Positions 20,034 to 31,993 of a stretch of 64,000 nt of DNA are shown piece by piece. The notes beneath the pieces are model-generated. The model was not told the DNA's origin. It ran no database searches and was given only the letters and a program-made list of their open reading frames with translations. Source of the stretch: an uncultured Gemmatimonadota bacterium. GTDB lineage: Bacteria > SM23-81 > DAOVCL01. The translations under genes and the position numbers were made by a program. The stretch covers positions 14,926-78,925 of the forward strand of contig CAZVGK010000014.1 of assembly GCA_964626665.1 (NCBI GenBank), read 5' to 3'. Each line of letters begins with the position of its first letter. Position 1 is the stretch's first letter.

Positions 20034-20959
20034 TATCCCAAGAGCTCCCCGTGCGCGGGCCTGTACCCGCGGAGGAATTCCTCCCCCTTCATTCTCCTCT
20101 TGTCCTGGGGCTGTACCTCATCCAAGGAGAGGAGCCCATTTCCAGCGGAGACCACAAAACTTTTATCGGTGAGGATAACCCCCCCAGGTTCTCCTGGGGG
20201 TAAATCCGCATGGAAACGGCTCACCCTGTGGATCTTGAGGACCTTTCCCCGGAAGTAGGTAAAGGCCCCCGGCGCTGGATTGAGGCCCCGCACCAGGTTC
20301 CTTATACCTTCCGCGCTTCCCCCCCAATTAATTAGCCCATCTGCCTTCTTTAGCCTCCGAGCAGGGGTGGCCTCCCCCGGCAACTGTCCCTGGGGCCTTG
20401 CCTTTCCCTGAGCGATAAGCTCCACAGTCTCCAGGAGGACCTCCGCCCCCCACCTGGCCAGCCTTTCCGCCAACTCCCCCGCCGTCTCCTGGTCACCAAT
20501 CTGGGCAGACCGCTGGAGGATTACCCTTCCGGTATCCACTCCCTCATCGATGAAAAAGGTGGTCACCCCGGTAACCTTTTCCCCCCTTATGATCGCCCAG
20601 TTGATCGGAGCTGCCCCCCGGTAACGGGGAAGGAGAGAAGCATGAAGATTTATGGTCCCCTGAGAGGGGGTGGTAAAAACCTCCGGGGGAAGGATGCGAA
20701 AGGCCACCACCACCCCCAGATCGGGCCTAAACCCCCTTAACCTCCCAAGAAAATCGGGGGATTTAAGGTCCTCCGGCTGCAGGAGGGGAATTCCCTGCTG
20801 CAGGGCATACTCCTTTACCGGCCCAGGCATCAACCTCTTCCCCCTCCCCCTGGGCCTATCCGGGCGGGTCACCACCCCCACAACCTGATGGCTGCTTTGG
20901 AGGAGTAGATCCAGGCTGGGCACGGAGAACTGCGCACTGCCCATAAAGAGTACCCTCAA
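20033..20959 (-). CDS. fmt: Methionyl-tRNA formyltransferase
   Basis: PDRPRGRG, INLHASLLPRYRGAAPI. Confidence 0.97.
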   Translation of the reverse strand: MRVLFMGSAQFSVPSLDLLLQSSHQVVGVVTRPDRPRGRGKRLMPGPVKEYALQQGIPLLQPEDLKSPDFLGRLRGFRPDLGVVVAFRILPPEVFTTPSQGTINLHASLLPRYRGAAPINWAIIRGEKVTGVTTFFIDEGVDTGRVILQRSAQIGDQETAGELAERLARWGAEVLLETVELIAQGKARPQGQLPGEATPARRLKKADGLINWGGSAEGIRNLVRGLNPAPGAFTYFRGKVLKIHRVSRFHADLPPGEPGGVILTDKSFVVSAGNGLLSLDEVQPQDKRRMKGEEFLRGYRPAHGELLG

Positions 20960-21282
20960 TCCTTTGTCCCCCCCCCTAAATTGGCAGCAATGGCACTTTT
21001 TTGGAACTCTATCTTCACATTCTCAGCCACCTTTAAGACCACTATATTCTTCTTGTCATTGATCCCTACTACCACTCCTTGTATCCCCCCTGATGTTAGG
21101 ACCTTGTCCCCCTTCCTTATGCTCCCCAGCATCTCCTGATGTTTCCTCTGTTTCTTCTGCTGGGGAAGTATCAGGAAAAGATAGAAGATAAGGATGATGA
21201 GGATGAAGGGCAGAATGGCCGTTAATCCCCCTCCACTACCTTTCCCCCCTTGGGTTCCCATAGCATAGGCTATTGCGAACAA
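20956..21282 (-). CDS. yajC: Preprotein translocase subunit YajC
   Basis: TM helix, PQQKKQ, GDKVLTSGGI. Confidence 0.95.
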   Translation of the reverse strand: MFAIAYAMGTQGGKGSGGGLTAILPFILIILIFYLFLILPQQKKQRKHQEMLGSIRKGDKVLTSGGIQGVVVGINDKKNIVVLKVAENVKIEFQKSAIAANLGGGTKD

Positions 21283-21344
21283 TTTACACCTCCCTGTTTT
21301 TGTTTCTTACCCAAATTATTTACAGCAGGACCGCGGCCAAACAA

Positions 21345-21680
21345 TGGCCACAGATTTCACGGATTTCACAGAATCTATTGAACACGAATGACACAAATAA
21401 ACGAATCTTCACGAATAAGAATCACCGAGGTGGCAGAACCCCGATTCTGCCACCCTCCCATTGTTTTCAGTTCTTCTACCCGGTTTAATCCATTTGGAGT
21501 GCTGTGACTCCTGTCACAGCCCACGTCGACGGGAATTACCACACTCCATACAAGGGCCTAAAGGCCCTGAACCCGCACTAAAGTGCGGTAGAAACTGACC
21601 TCTCAATCAATGACAGCAAAGGGCTCCGTCATTGCGAGGCTTGTCCCGAGCGCAAGCGAGGGAACTGGCCGAAGCAATCT
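21345..21680. repeat. Mosaic of repeat modules between tgt and yajC
   Basis: CACAGATTTCACGGA-type repeats; 28-bp hairpin shared with 7037; 37-bp unit shared with 54796; family C module at 21628-21680. Confidence 0.75.
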
Positions 21681-21744
21681 TGTTCTACCTGCCTTTCCCG
21701 ATCCGTTCCGGTGTGGGACGGGGGGCTCAAGGTTCCCCAGCCAG

Positions 21745-23674
<1,930 letters not shown>

Positions 23675-23675
<1 letters not shown>

Positions 23676-24313
23676 TAGCTGCCCTCTCTTGCTATGAAAG
23701 CCAGTAGATTCCCCATCACAGAGAGAAACACCTTATTCCTATATCTCTTTCCAAATAACTCTAACCTTGCCCTCCTTAAGTTTTCCAGATTTTGAAACCG
23801 ATAGGAGACGGTAAAAACATCCCTTTCCTTATCTCTAAAATCTTGGAGGTTCAGGTAAATGAAGTCAAGTATAGCCTTTTCAGGTTCAGCTACCAGCAAG
23901 GGCAACCCATTTTCATCTTGGGTTTGGATAAAACCAAAGAACAGCTCAGGTTTCAAGTGTTGATACCTGAATGTGCCCAATGGGTTCTCAAACTTGGTAG
24001 TCTTTTTCGTGGTAACAGAGGTAACATCCCTTACCCTTTCGGGGATTAAATCGTAATAACCGAGGGCATATTCGCTGCTCACATAAGAGGGAGAATAAAG
24101 CGCGTTAGCAATGAAAATCCTTGATGGGTTAACCTTCCTTTCCCTCTCATTAAGGATATACAACCCCCTCCGTAGCTTAACAACTAGACCTTTCCTCTGC
24201 CAAGCAGTCAACCGATTCCTTAAGGAGCGCGGCTTTGAGGTGACATTAAAGAGGTGACTCGAGGAGATAAGGGGAAATTCTCCAAAAACCTCTTTGAACT
24301 CTAAGTACTTCAT
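23675..24313 (-). CDS. abiEi: AbiEi antitoxin (type IV TA)
   Basis: KLRRGLY, PSYVSSEYAL, PEKAILD; coupled to the toxin gene. Confidence 0.88.
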
Positions 24314-24350
24314 TTCTCTAAGTCATCTTTTTCGGTGATTTACAGAAATG

Positions 24351-24379
24351 AAAATAGGGCTTAAGTTTCAACTTGTCAA
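24351..24379 (-). promoter_or_regulatory. sigma70-like promoter of abiE
   Basis: TTGACA-N17-TATTTT. Confidence 0.6.
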
Positions 24380-24426
24380 GCCCTAAATTGGAACTCGCTT
24401 TATTTGACTGATACAGAGCAACTCAG

Positions 24427-24970
24427 CCCAAAATATTATAGAAACTACAGATGAACCCCGTCAAATATACTTTCGTATTTCACAGGGTGAACCCCGTTAA
24501 ATAAAAGCAAGCTTGAGAATGTGATGATCTCTATTTCTAAATTATTTAACGGGGTGAACACAGATTATTTGAGAATCTTCAAGAACATAGGCTTTCACCC
24601 TTTAGGTGAAAAAGGGGGTTAAACTCGATAGTATAGGGAATATATTTTTTAGACAGGATTGACAGGATGATCAGGATAAATATAACTCGTCCACCAATGT
24701 TACATCTAAGCGAGTTAGTGGGTAGGAGGCATCTCCTGATGTCGATCAAAAGTGTGCTGTCAGGAGTTACCTCTTCCGCCAGGAATCCCGTCGGAACGGG
24801 GCTGACAGCTCTTACAATAATAGAGGGGATAAATAAAAATCCGGTAAATCCTGTTATCCTGTCAAAAAAGTTCCGCCGCTTACGGCTAAGTTCATTTTTA
24901 AAAACTCTTTATTTTGAATATCTTATGATAATCTCGTGAAATCTCGTGGTTTCCTAACGCATAATCTGGG
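24427..24970 (+). mobile_element. Repeat family B copy carrying nested insertions (two mini-elements and a reversed family A copy)
   Basis: ctcag|CCCAAAATAT...ATAATCTGGG|ctcag; aligns to the uninterrupted copy at 57199-57382. Confidence 0.8.
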
Positions 24971-25012
24971 CTCAGTTTACAAACCGAGCTGCTCTTTATA
25001 TTTTTTGCTGCC

Positions 25013-26056
25013 TTAGTGTCTTTGGTGAGGGCGATAGGAGCGTTCGTCGAAATTTGCCATATAGGAGACGATCCTGGTTTCGTCAGTCCTATCAGGGTTC
25101 ATTATCCATAGTTCAGAATACCAATATACACTGTAACCATCATTTCTGATGAAAGCAACTTTGTGGCCCTGTGGGGATGCAACACATCCAAATTCAACTG
25201 GTAGATCAATTGAGTTGGCCTCAACCTTCTTGATTCTGTAATCCAGCTTTAGCTGCCGCCTTATGTTTTCTGCAGTTTTCACAGCTTCGATAGAACCACC
25301 ATACCCACCAATCCCAACTGGATAGGCTCCGCCACCTCTCGTTATATACGCTGGATAATCCAGACTCTTGGCAGTATCACAACCGCTTTTTTCTTTAATT
25401 TGAATTGTGTATAGCTTACTTGCCGGGTTAAGTTTCCTACACCACTCAGGGGTAAATGTCATGAGTGTTCTTTCCCGCTTCCCCTCTTTCAAATTAAATT
25501 TCCACAAGTTGTCATTGACCTTCTCCAGGAATTCTTCAGAGGACAGCCAAACCAGGGAAGAGAATTCCCCTGCCATGATTTCCCGCATATTTGTCCCATT
25601 CTCATCTACCACATAAGTTTTTATCTGGTCACCCCGACCATTTCCATGGTCATCCATCCATACGGAAAAGACCGCCCTTGTGCTATCTGGTGACCAACTG
25701 AATAATCTCAGTTTGCATCTCCTCAAAAGCTTGGCGGTGGTCTCTCTTTTGCCATCCTCCAATTGCAGATCTTGAAATCCTCTTTGGGATTGAGCTTTTA
25801 CGAAATGAAAGGCCCTCTCCTCTTTTCTGTTTGCGAATGATCTATCCCCCTTAAGCTCTTTGGCCATTTCTGGTTTTAAGCCCCTTGCCAGCTTCTTCCA
25901 ACTCTTCCTTATGGACTCCTTCTTGGTATTTTCGCTTAGAAGAGTATCGTTCAGAGTCGCTAATTCTAAGCCCCATATCTGCTTGATGCCTGAATATATG
26001 TTGTCAAACAAGTATAAGATTCTCCCATCATCCCTGGAAAATGCGAGGTCTCTTAG
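25013..26056 (-). pseudogene. 3' part of a secreted TolB-like beta-propeller protein with SPOR-like insert, split by IS1634
   Basis: WSPDS, SPQGHKVAF, LWIMNPD repeats; the frame continues into 28148-28516 once the IS is removed. Confidence 0.75.
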
Positions 26057-26191
26057 CCCACCTTTACCATTTCTCCGCCCAAAACACAAAAAATAGGGCT
26101 TTTTTAGGGAAGTGGGGTTTGTAACTTATTGTAAATATTGAATTGAGTTCTTTGAAATGTGATTGTAGTGCCCCATATAGATATTTTATCC

Positions 26192-26220
26192 TTGACATTG
26201 CCCCAAAGACTTATTATATT
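26192..26220 (+). promoter_or_regulatory. Transposase promoter, probably giving a leaderless mRNA
   Basis: TTGACA-N17-TATATT ending 5 nt before the GTG start. Confidence 0.6.
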
Positions 26221-26225
26221 GCCTT

Positions 26226-28073
26226 GTGTTTATCAAAGAGATCAAAAAGAAGAACAAGGGCTACGACAAGGTATTTACCTATCAGCGACTCATGGAGTCT
26301 TACAGGACAGAGAGAGGCTCCAGACAACGAACCATCCTCAACCTGGGGAGGGTAGACCTGCCCAAAGAGCAGTGGAAACTGCTGGCTGACCGGATTGAAG
26401 CCAAACTCACCGGTCAACAACCTCTGTGGCCAGTGGATGAACATATTGAAAGTTTGGCCACTCATTATGCTAAGCTGATTGTTCATAAACGGTTAACCGT
26501 TGCTACCACCGAGGTTAAGGAAATAGAGGAGCCCGAGTATGAAACAGTAGATATCAAATCTGTATCTAACTCCAAAAGCAGAACCATAGGGGCAGAATAT
26601 GTTGGAGTTGCCACCTTGAGAAAGTTAGGACTTGATACGCTCTTTTCACAACTGGGATACAGCAAAAGCCAGATGGATCTTGCCACCTTATCCATTGTGG
26701 GCAGACTGGTCCATCCGGCTAGTGAGCGCAGAACCAGGGAGTGGGCCCAGAATTTAAGTGGTCTGGATGAGTTATTAGGCACAGACTTTACCCATCTATC
26801 CAATAATGCGCTCTATCGCACTTTAGATTTACTCCTCTCCCATAAAGAGGAGATAGAGGAGCACCTCAAGTTGCGGGAGAGAGATATATTCTCTTTAAAG
26901 GAGAAAATCATCCTCTATGATTTAACCAACACCTATTTTGCGGGTGAGGCCAAAGCTAATAAGAAAGCAAAACGGGGACGCTCCAAAGAGAAGCGTAATG
27001 ATCGTCCTCTGGTCACCCTGGGGCTGGTGATAGATGAGATGGGATTTCCCAAAGCGAGCAAGATCTTTAAAGGCAACATTAGCGAAGGCGACACCTTATT
27101 GGAAATGCTGGAGATGCTTCAGGGTGAGAAGATAAACCAACCCAATGAATCAGCGATAAAAGCCAAGAAGGATATTACTGTCATTTTGGATGCGGGGATT
27201 GCCAAAGAAGATAACCTCAGGCTTCTTAAGCATGAGGGTTATGATTATATCTGCGTGGCCCGTAATAAACCGATCGATCCCTCTCAGATCAACGGTGATG
27301 ATCTGCTCACGATTAAGAAAGACGAAAAGAACAAAGTGGAAGCGACATTGATAAAGGAGGGTGGAGAGAGTATCCTCTATTGTAAAAGCTTTCTGAAGGG
27401 CAAGAAAGAACAAGCGATGAAGACACAGTTTCAGGAGAGATTTGAGGAAGGCTTGCAGGGGGTAGCAGCAGCGCTGACCAAGAAAGGTGGCACCAAAAGG
27501 TATGAGAAGGTTTTGGAGCGAATCGGCAGGCTAAAGGAGAGGTATGCTTCCATAGCGCAATACTACAAGGTAGAGGTCAAGCAGAAAGATGGTATAGCAA
27601 CTACTGTGAATTGGGAGTTTGAGAAAAAGGAAGAAGCGGAGCAACGTTTTTCAGGCAGCTATTTTTTACGCACCAGCAGAACTGATCTGAAAGAGAAGGA
27701 GATATGGTCTTTATATGTGATGCTTACCAATGTAGAAGATGCGTTTCGTTGTTTAAAGAGTGACCTTGATTTGCAGCCGGTGTGCCACCAAAAAGAGCCT
27801 CGGGTAGATGCACATCTATTTACTACTGTTCTGGCATATCATTTATTGATTAGTATCCAGACAGGGTTACAAAGACATAGCATCTGTATGCGGTGGTGGC
27901 ACATACGAGAATTATTGTCCAGTCATGTAAGAATAACAACAGCGATGACAAACAAGGAGGGCAAGCGAATCTATATTAGAAATTGCTCAGAGCCAGAGCC
28001 ATTTCATAGAGCAATTTACAAGGCGCTGAGGTTAAAACTTACCCCGCTTAAAGCAAAACGCACCAAGATTTAA
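26226..28073 (+). CDS. IS1634-family DDE transposase
   Basis: ESYR...RQRTILNLG, LYDLTNTYF, RGRSKEKRND, ILDAGI, VEDAFRCLKS. Confidence 0.92.
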   Translation: MFIKEIKKKNKGYDKVFTYQRLMESYRTERGSRQRTILNLGRVDLPKEQWKLLADRIEAKLTGQQPLWPVDEHIESLATHYAKLIVHKRLTVATTEVKEIEEPEYETVDIKSVSNSKSRTIGAEYVGVATLRKLGLDTLFSQLGYSKSQMDLATLSIVGRLVHPASERRTREWAQNLSGLDELLGTDFTHLSNNALYRTLDLLLSHKEEIEEHLKLRERDIFSLKEKIILYDLTNTYFAGEAKANKKAKRGRSKEKRNDRPLVTLGLVIDEMGFPKASKIFKGNISEGDTLLEMLEMLQGEKINQPNESAIKAKKDITVILDAGIAKEDNLRLLKHEGYDYICVARNKPIDPSQINGDDLLTIKKDEKNKVEATLIKEGGESILYCKSFLKGKKEQAMKTQFQERFEEGLQGVAAALTKKGGTKRYEKVLERIGRLKERYASIAQYYKVEVKQKDGIATTVNWEFEKKEEAEQRFSGSYFLRTSRTDLKEKEIWSLYVMLTNVEDAFRCLKSDLDLQPVCHQKEPRVDAHLFTTVLAYHLLISIQTGLQRHSICMRWWHIRELLSSHVRITTAMTNKEGKRIYIRNCSEPEPFHRAIYKALRLKLTPLKAKRTKI

Positions 28074-28147
28074 AATCTGTAGTGACCATACAAAAATCTA
28101 AGGTGTTGTTTTCATTTAATTTATCTATACTTAATGGTAAAGTTGGG

Positions 28148-28516
28148 TTAGCTGGATTCCCGAGTTCGTAGGGTCCATAAAAAAACTTGTTCTGGTTCAC
28201 TTATCGGTTTCAGATCCATTATATAAAGCCCGTAGGTGCTGGAGAAGAGAATCCTCTTGCGGTCTATAGACAAGATAAACTGGTGCATTTCAGGTGTTAC
28301 GCAGGTCAGTTTACCAGTGGAGAGGTCAACAATTAGGGTGTCAAGGTAGGTGTAAACCGTTCCCGTAGGTATATAACGGCTTTCAAAGGCAATTTTTTGA
28401 CCGTCCGGTGACCAGGTAATTCTATCAAATTGGCAAAAATTTGCAAACCAGGCGAAACTTGATTTCACCATTAGGAGAGCAAAAAGGAGGAAAGGTATGA
28501 TCACCTTTAGCCTCAT
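28148..28516 (-). pseudogene. 5' part of the TolB-like gene interrupted by IS1634
   Basis: Signal peptide, WSPDGQKIAF; a one-base frameshift at the A7 run (28179-28185) is needed to join the 3' part. Confidence 0.75.
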
Positions 28517-28532
28517 ATTTGAACATTTTGGT

Positions 28533-29135
28533 CTAATTGTCAGACCCATCGATATCCTCACCAGCCTCATCCCAGGCTTGGCTCAGAAGGTCAGAAAGCC
28601 CCAGTTTTCTTGCCCAAAGATCCATGTATTTACAGTCAAGCTTATTAGTCTGAACCTTGAGTATTCCCACGATGTCGTACCACTGTCGGTCAGAGATGCC
28701 TCCGCCAAGTTTATACCACTTGAGCTTACTGAGCACGGTGTCCTCTGGCGAACAGAAATATGCCTTTTGTTCGGGTTCGATACCGAGAGGAATCAGCCTG
28801 CGCCGGGCAAACTCCTCCTGAGCGTAAGCGGTATCTTTCAAGAGGAAAATATCCACTTTGAACATAGTTTCCAAGTGAATAATATTAAAAGAAGTTTGCT
28901 GCTTCACAGCTCTCCGAATAGTCTCTTCATCTGCGTAGTAGGCATTGCCCAGCAGGCGAACAAATGCACCGGTCTGTGACTCACCAAGGTTCGTCACCAG
29001 GTCCACATCTAAGGTGGAACGGGGAACCCCCCAAACGGCACTGGCCAGTGATCCCCCGATCAGGTAGTCCACTCCAAGGGCATCCAGAGCTGCAAGTAGA
29101 GGTTTAATCGCCAAAAACACATCATCAGCGATCAC
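28533..29135 (-). CDS. Nucleotidyltransferase-fold protein (MenT-like putative toxin)
   Basis: YLIGGSLASAVWGVPRSTLDVD, SPEDTVLSKL, RQWYDI. Confidence 0.75.
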   Translation of the reverse strand: MIADDVFLAIKPLLAALDALGVDYLIGGSLASAVWGVPRSTLDVDLVTNLGESQTGAFVRLLGNAYYADEETIRRAVKQQTSFNIIHLETMFKVDIFLLKDTAYAQEEFARRRLIPLGIEPEQKAYFCSPEDTVLSKLKWYKLGGGISDRQWYDIVGILKVQTNKLDCKYMDLWARKLGLSDLLSQAWDEAGEDIDGSDN

Positions 29136-29385
29136 GGAAATTTACCCATTGGTTAACCTCATTTGCCAATTTAGAGCCATACATAAGCGCCAGAAAACGT
29201 CTACGCCGTTCCCGTTCAGTGTCATCCGGGAAGCGCCGACAGAGCCCTTGCCAGGCAAAACGCCGCGCCATCGCCCCAAGGTCAAGTGCCATTTCCAACC
29301 TTTGCCCTGGAGTCCGCTGCCGGATCCCTTCGATCCAGATTTGCTCGACCACAGGTGAGGTATCCACAGACATTGGCTTCATCAA
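29125..29385 (-). CDS. Small helical putative antitoxin (Rv0078B-like)
   Basis: DTSP...RQRTPGQRL; overlaps the start of the NTase gene. Confidence 0.65.
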   Translation of the reverse strand: MMKPMSVDTSPVVEQIWIEGIRQRTPGQRLEMALDLGAMARRFAWQGLCRRFPDDTERERRRRFLALMYGSKLANEVNQWVNFRDR

Positions 29386-29447
29386 TCCCTCGCTCTTATT
29401 GTTTCAGTGATTTTCGGTGTTTAAGCCATAAATAATGTGGATTTTTT

Positions 29448-29950
29448 GGTGGCGTATCAAAAATTGTTGCTAAGCAGATCTTTGAAAACTAGGATCTTTA
29501 AGTAAATCAAGGCTTTCTGCGGTATAGTGGCGGGGATAAGGTCTTATCACTTGCCACAGGAGGCCAAAATGAGTAAAGCAAAGAGACGGGTACGGTGCCC
29601 ATATTGCCATGGACTCCATACTAAACGCTATGGTTCTTTCTCTGTAAATCAAGGAACTATGAGCCGCAGATGCAACTACCGTTACGATTGTCAGCAAACT
29701 TTTACTCTTTGGAACCATTAGTTAACAAAATATCATTCAAGCAGATAGCTACAAGCGTAAGGATATCCATTTGCAACTTTGAAGATGTTAATCATGTGGT
29801 ATTGATTCAAAAAGTTTATAAACTGTCGCAAGGTAAACAACTACGAGAACGGCAAAAGTCTATTTCAGCTAGCTAAGGTAGATAGCCAAGATATCAACTG
29901 GGTCAGACTCAGCCAGAGGTCCCATTAGCAACAATTTTTGATACGCCACC
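29448..29950 (+). mobile_element. 503-bp non-autonomous IS derivative (IS1-like or related)
   Basis: Perfect 26-bp IR GGTGGCGTATCAAAAATTGTTGCTAA, 8-bp duplication GATTTTTT, residual zinc-ribbon ORF (CPYC...C..TF). Confidence 0.88.
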
Positions 29951-29997
29951 GATTTTTTTCTGTTTGTCATGACCATCCTGTCTAAAAATGGAAATTC

Positions 29998-31353
29998 TTA
30001 TTTCAAAAGCAGATCCAATGCCTCTCTCAGCCTGTCGACCCCCATAACCTCTATCCCCGGGATTTTCCTGGAGTCCTTTAAGTTAGCTTGAGGGACGACG
30101 CATCTGCGGAAGCCAAGCTTTTGTGCCTCCTTAATCCTCTTCTCCACATAACCAACCCCTCTCACCTCTCCACCCAAGCCAACCTCCCCCACCATCACGG
30201 TATCAGAAATTAAAGAGGTATCCCGATAGCTTGAGGCCACGCAGATTGCGGCTCCCAGATCTGCCGCTGGCTCATTTAGCTTAACCCCACCAACCACATT
30301 GAGGAAGATATCCTTGGTCCCCAGCTTCATCCCCTCCCTCTTCTCCAAAATGGCTAGAAGCAGGGAAAGCCTCTTGTGGTCAAATCCCGTAGCTACCCTC
30401 TGGGGAAGGCCATAATAGGCCGGGCTCACCAGGGCCTGCATCTCCACCAAAAGGGGCCTTGTCCCCTCCATACTGGAGACCACAGCAACCCCAGACACCC
30501 CCTCTCTGCGGTGGGTGAGGAAAAGCTGGGAAGGATTGGAAACTTCCTCTAACCCCTCCTCAGCCATCTGAAATACCCCCACCTCATTGGTGGAGCCAAA
30601 GCGGTTCTTCACCGCTCGCAGGATACGAAAGGAGTGATGCCTCTCCCCCTCAAAATAGAGGACCGTGTCCACCATATGCTCCAAAATTTTAGGGCCGGCT
30701 ATGGCCCCCTGCTTGGTCACATGGCCAATAAGAAAAACCGGCACCTCTCTCCCCTTGGCAAAGGAAATAAGCAGGGAGGCACACTCCCTCACCTGACCAA
30801 CCGTTCCGGGCAGGCTCCCCAGGGAGTGAGAGGCTATGGCCTGGATGGAGTCCACCACTAAAAGGACTGGATAGGGCTCCTTGAGGCTATCCAGAACGGC
30901 CTCTAAATCTGATTCGGCCAGGAGATAGAGGGAAGGGGAACCCACCTTTAACCTATCTGCCCTCAGCTTAAGCTGATATAGGGATTCCTCCCCACTGAGA
31001 TAAAGCACCCTGCCATAGCTTTTACTCAGCCTTTCAGCCACCTGAAGCATAAGGGTGGATTTGCCAATCCCGGGATCACCAGCCACCAAAATTAAGGATC
31101 CCTGGACCACTCCTCCTCCCAACACCCGATCAAACTCCCCCAAGCCGCTCCTCAACCTCTCCTCCTCCCTCACCTCAATCTGGGAGAGAGATTTCGGCTC
31201 CAGGTTACTGGACCTTTTTACCCTTTGGGGAGAAACCGATTTCTCCTCAGCAAAGGTGTTCCATCCCCCACAGTCGGGACATCTGCCCAACCACTTCGGG
31301 GACTTGAAGCCACAGCTCTGGCAGACATATATTGATTTTGACTTATTAGTCAT
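29998..31353 (-). CDS. radA: DNA repair protein RadA/Sms
   Basis: C4 zinc finger, GDPGIGKST, KNRFG. Confidence 0.98.
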   Translation of the reverse strand: MTNKSKSIYVCQSCGFKSPKWLGRCPDCGGWNTFAEEKSVSPQRVKRSSNLEPKSLSQIEVREEERLRSGLGEFDRVLGGGVVQGSLILVAGDPGIGKSTLMLQVAERLSKSYGRVLYLSGEESLYQLKLRADRLKVGSPSLYLLAESDLEAVLDSLKEPYPVLLVVDSIQAIASHSLGSLPGTVGQVRECASLLISFAKGREVPVFLIGHVTKQGAIAGPKILEHMVDTVLYFEGERHHSFRILRAVKNRFGSTNEVGVFQMAEEGLEEVSNPSQLFLTHRREGVSGVAVVSSMEGTRPLLVEMQALVSPAYYGLPQRVATGFDHKRLSLLLAILEKREGMKLGTKDIFLNVVGGVKLNEPAADLGAAICVASSYRDTSLISDTVMVGEVGLGGEVRGVGYVEKRIKEAQKLGFRRCVVPQANLKDSRKIPGIEVMGVDRLREALDLLLK

Positions 31354-31689
31354 TAGTAGAATAGATCAGGGGGAAATCATAAAGGATACTTCCAGTAGCC
31401 TTTGTTTCTATAAAGCTTAATTCATTGACGGATTTGTCAGTTATTTCCTTCATTTCTTTGACCAATCTTGCCAGATCCTCTATTTCCGTTTCTATCTCTT
31501 CCCTCAGACTAACTTTACGTTTCGGAATTTCTAAGAAATTCCGAAACGTCGGGGGATGTTTGAAGGGGGTAGGCCCCCTTCAAGGGTGACAGCGGAGCAA
31601 TCCGAGCGAGCGTAGGATTGTGGAGCGCCATAGGGTCGGTGAGACCCTCTGGAGAAGTTAGCGACCGCAAGGGAGCTAAGTTCATCCAT
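31346..31689 (-). pseudogene. Disrupted HepT-like HEPN partner of the upstream MNT
   Basis: ATG overlaps the MNT stop; hairpin-rich insertion at about 31517-31680; then VSLREEIETEIEDL...ATGSILYDF, truncated. Confidence 0.6.
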
Positions 31690-31981
31690 ATATGAGTTCT
31701 CCTTCTTTGAGGGTTTTCTTTTTTAAACTTCCAAAAGCATCTTCAAATGGAACGAGATTTAACTCTATCCCAATTGGTAGAAGGTCCCACAATTCGGTTA
31801 GGGCTTTGATATAAAGGTCTGGAGATAAACCCTCCACAACCAAGTCAATATCCGATCTCTCATGAACGACTCCCTTGACTAAGGATCCGATAAGGAATAC
31901 TCTCTTCACTTTGTATTTATCTTTTAGGACCTGGACACATCTCTCCGCAACTTTTCTCAATTCTTCTTTTCTATGCATCAC
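31682..31981 (-). CDS. Minimal nucleotidyltransferase (MNT) antitoxin
   Basis: LIGSLVKG...SDIDLVV. Confidence 0.88.
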   Translation of the reverse strand: MMHRKEELRKVAERCVQVLKDKYKVKRVFLIGSLVKGVVHERSDIDLVVEGLSPDLYIKALTELWDLLPIGIELNLVPFEDAFGSLKKKTLKEGELIYG

Positions 31982-31993
31982 TCTTCTCCTGCC

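Larger units (their letters stand above)
26057..28147 (+). mobile_element. IS1634-family insertion sequence
   Basis: IR CCCACCTTTACCATT / AATGGTAAAGTTGGG, flanked by TTAG(C) duplication; encodes one transposase. Confidence 0.9.

Noticed and set aside
24452..24558. Possible mini CRISPR array (TGAACCCCGT repeated)
   Set aside because: Only two units of unequal length, explained by inverted ends plus target duplication; no cas genes.
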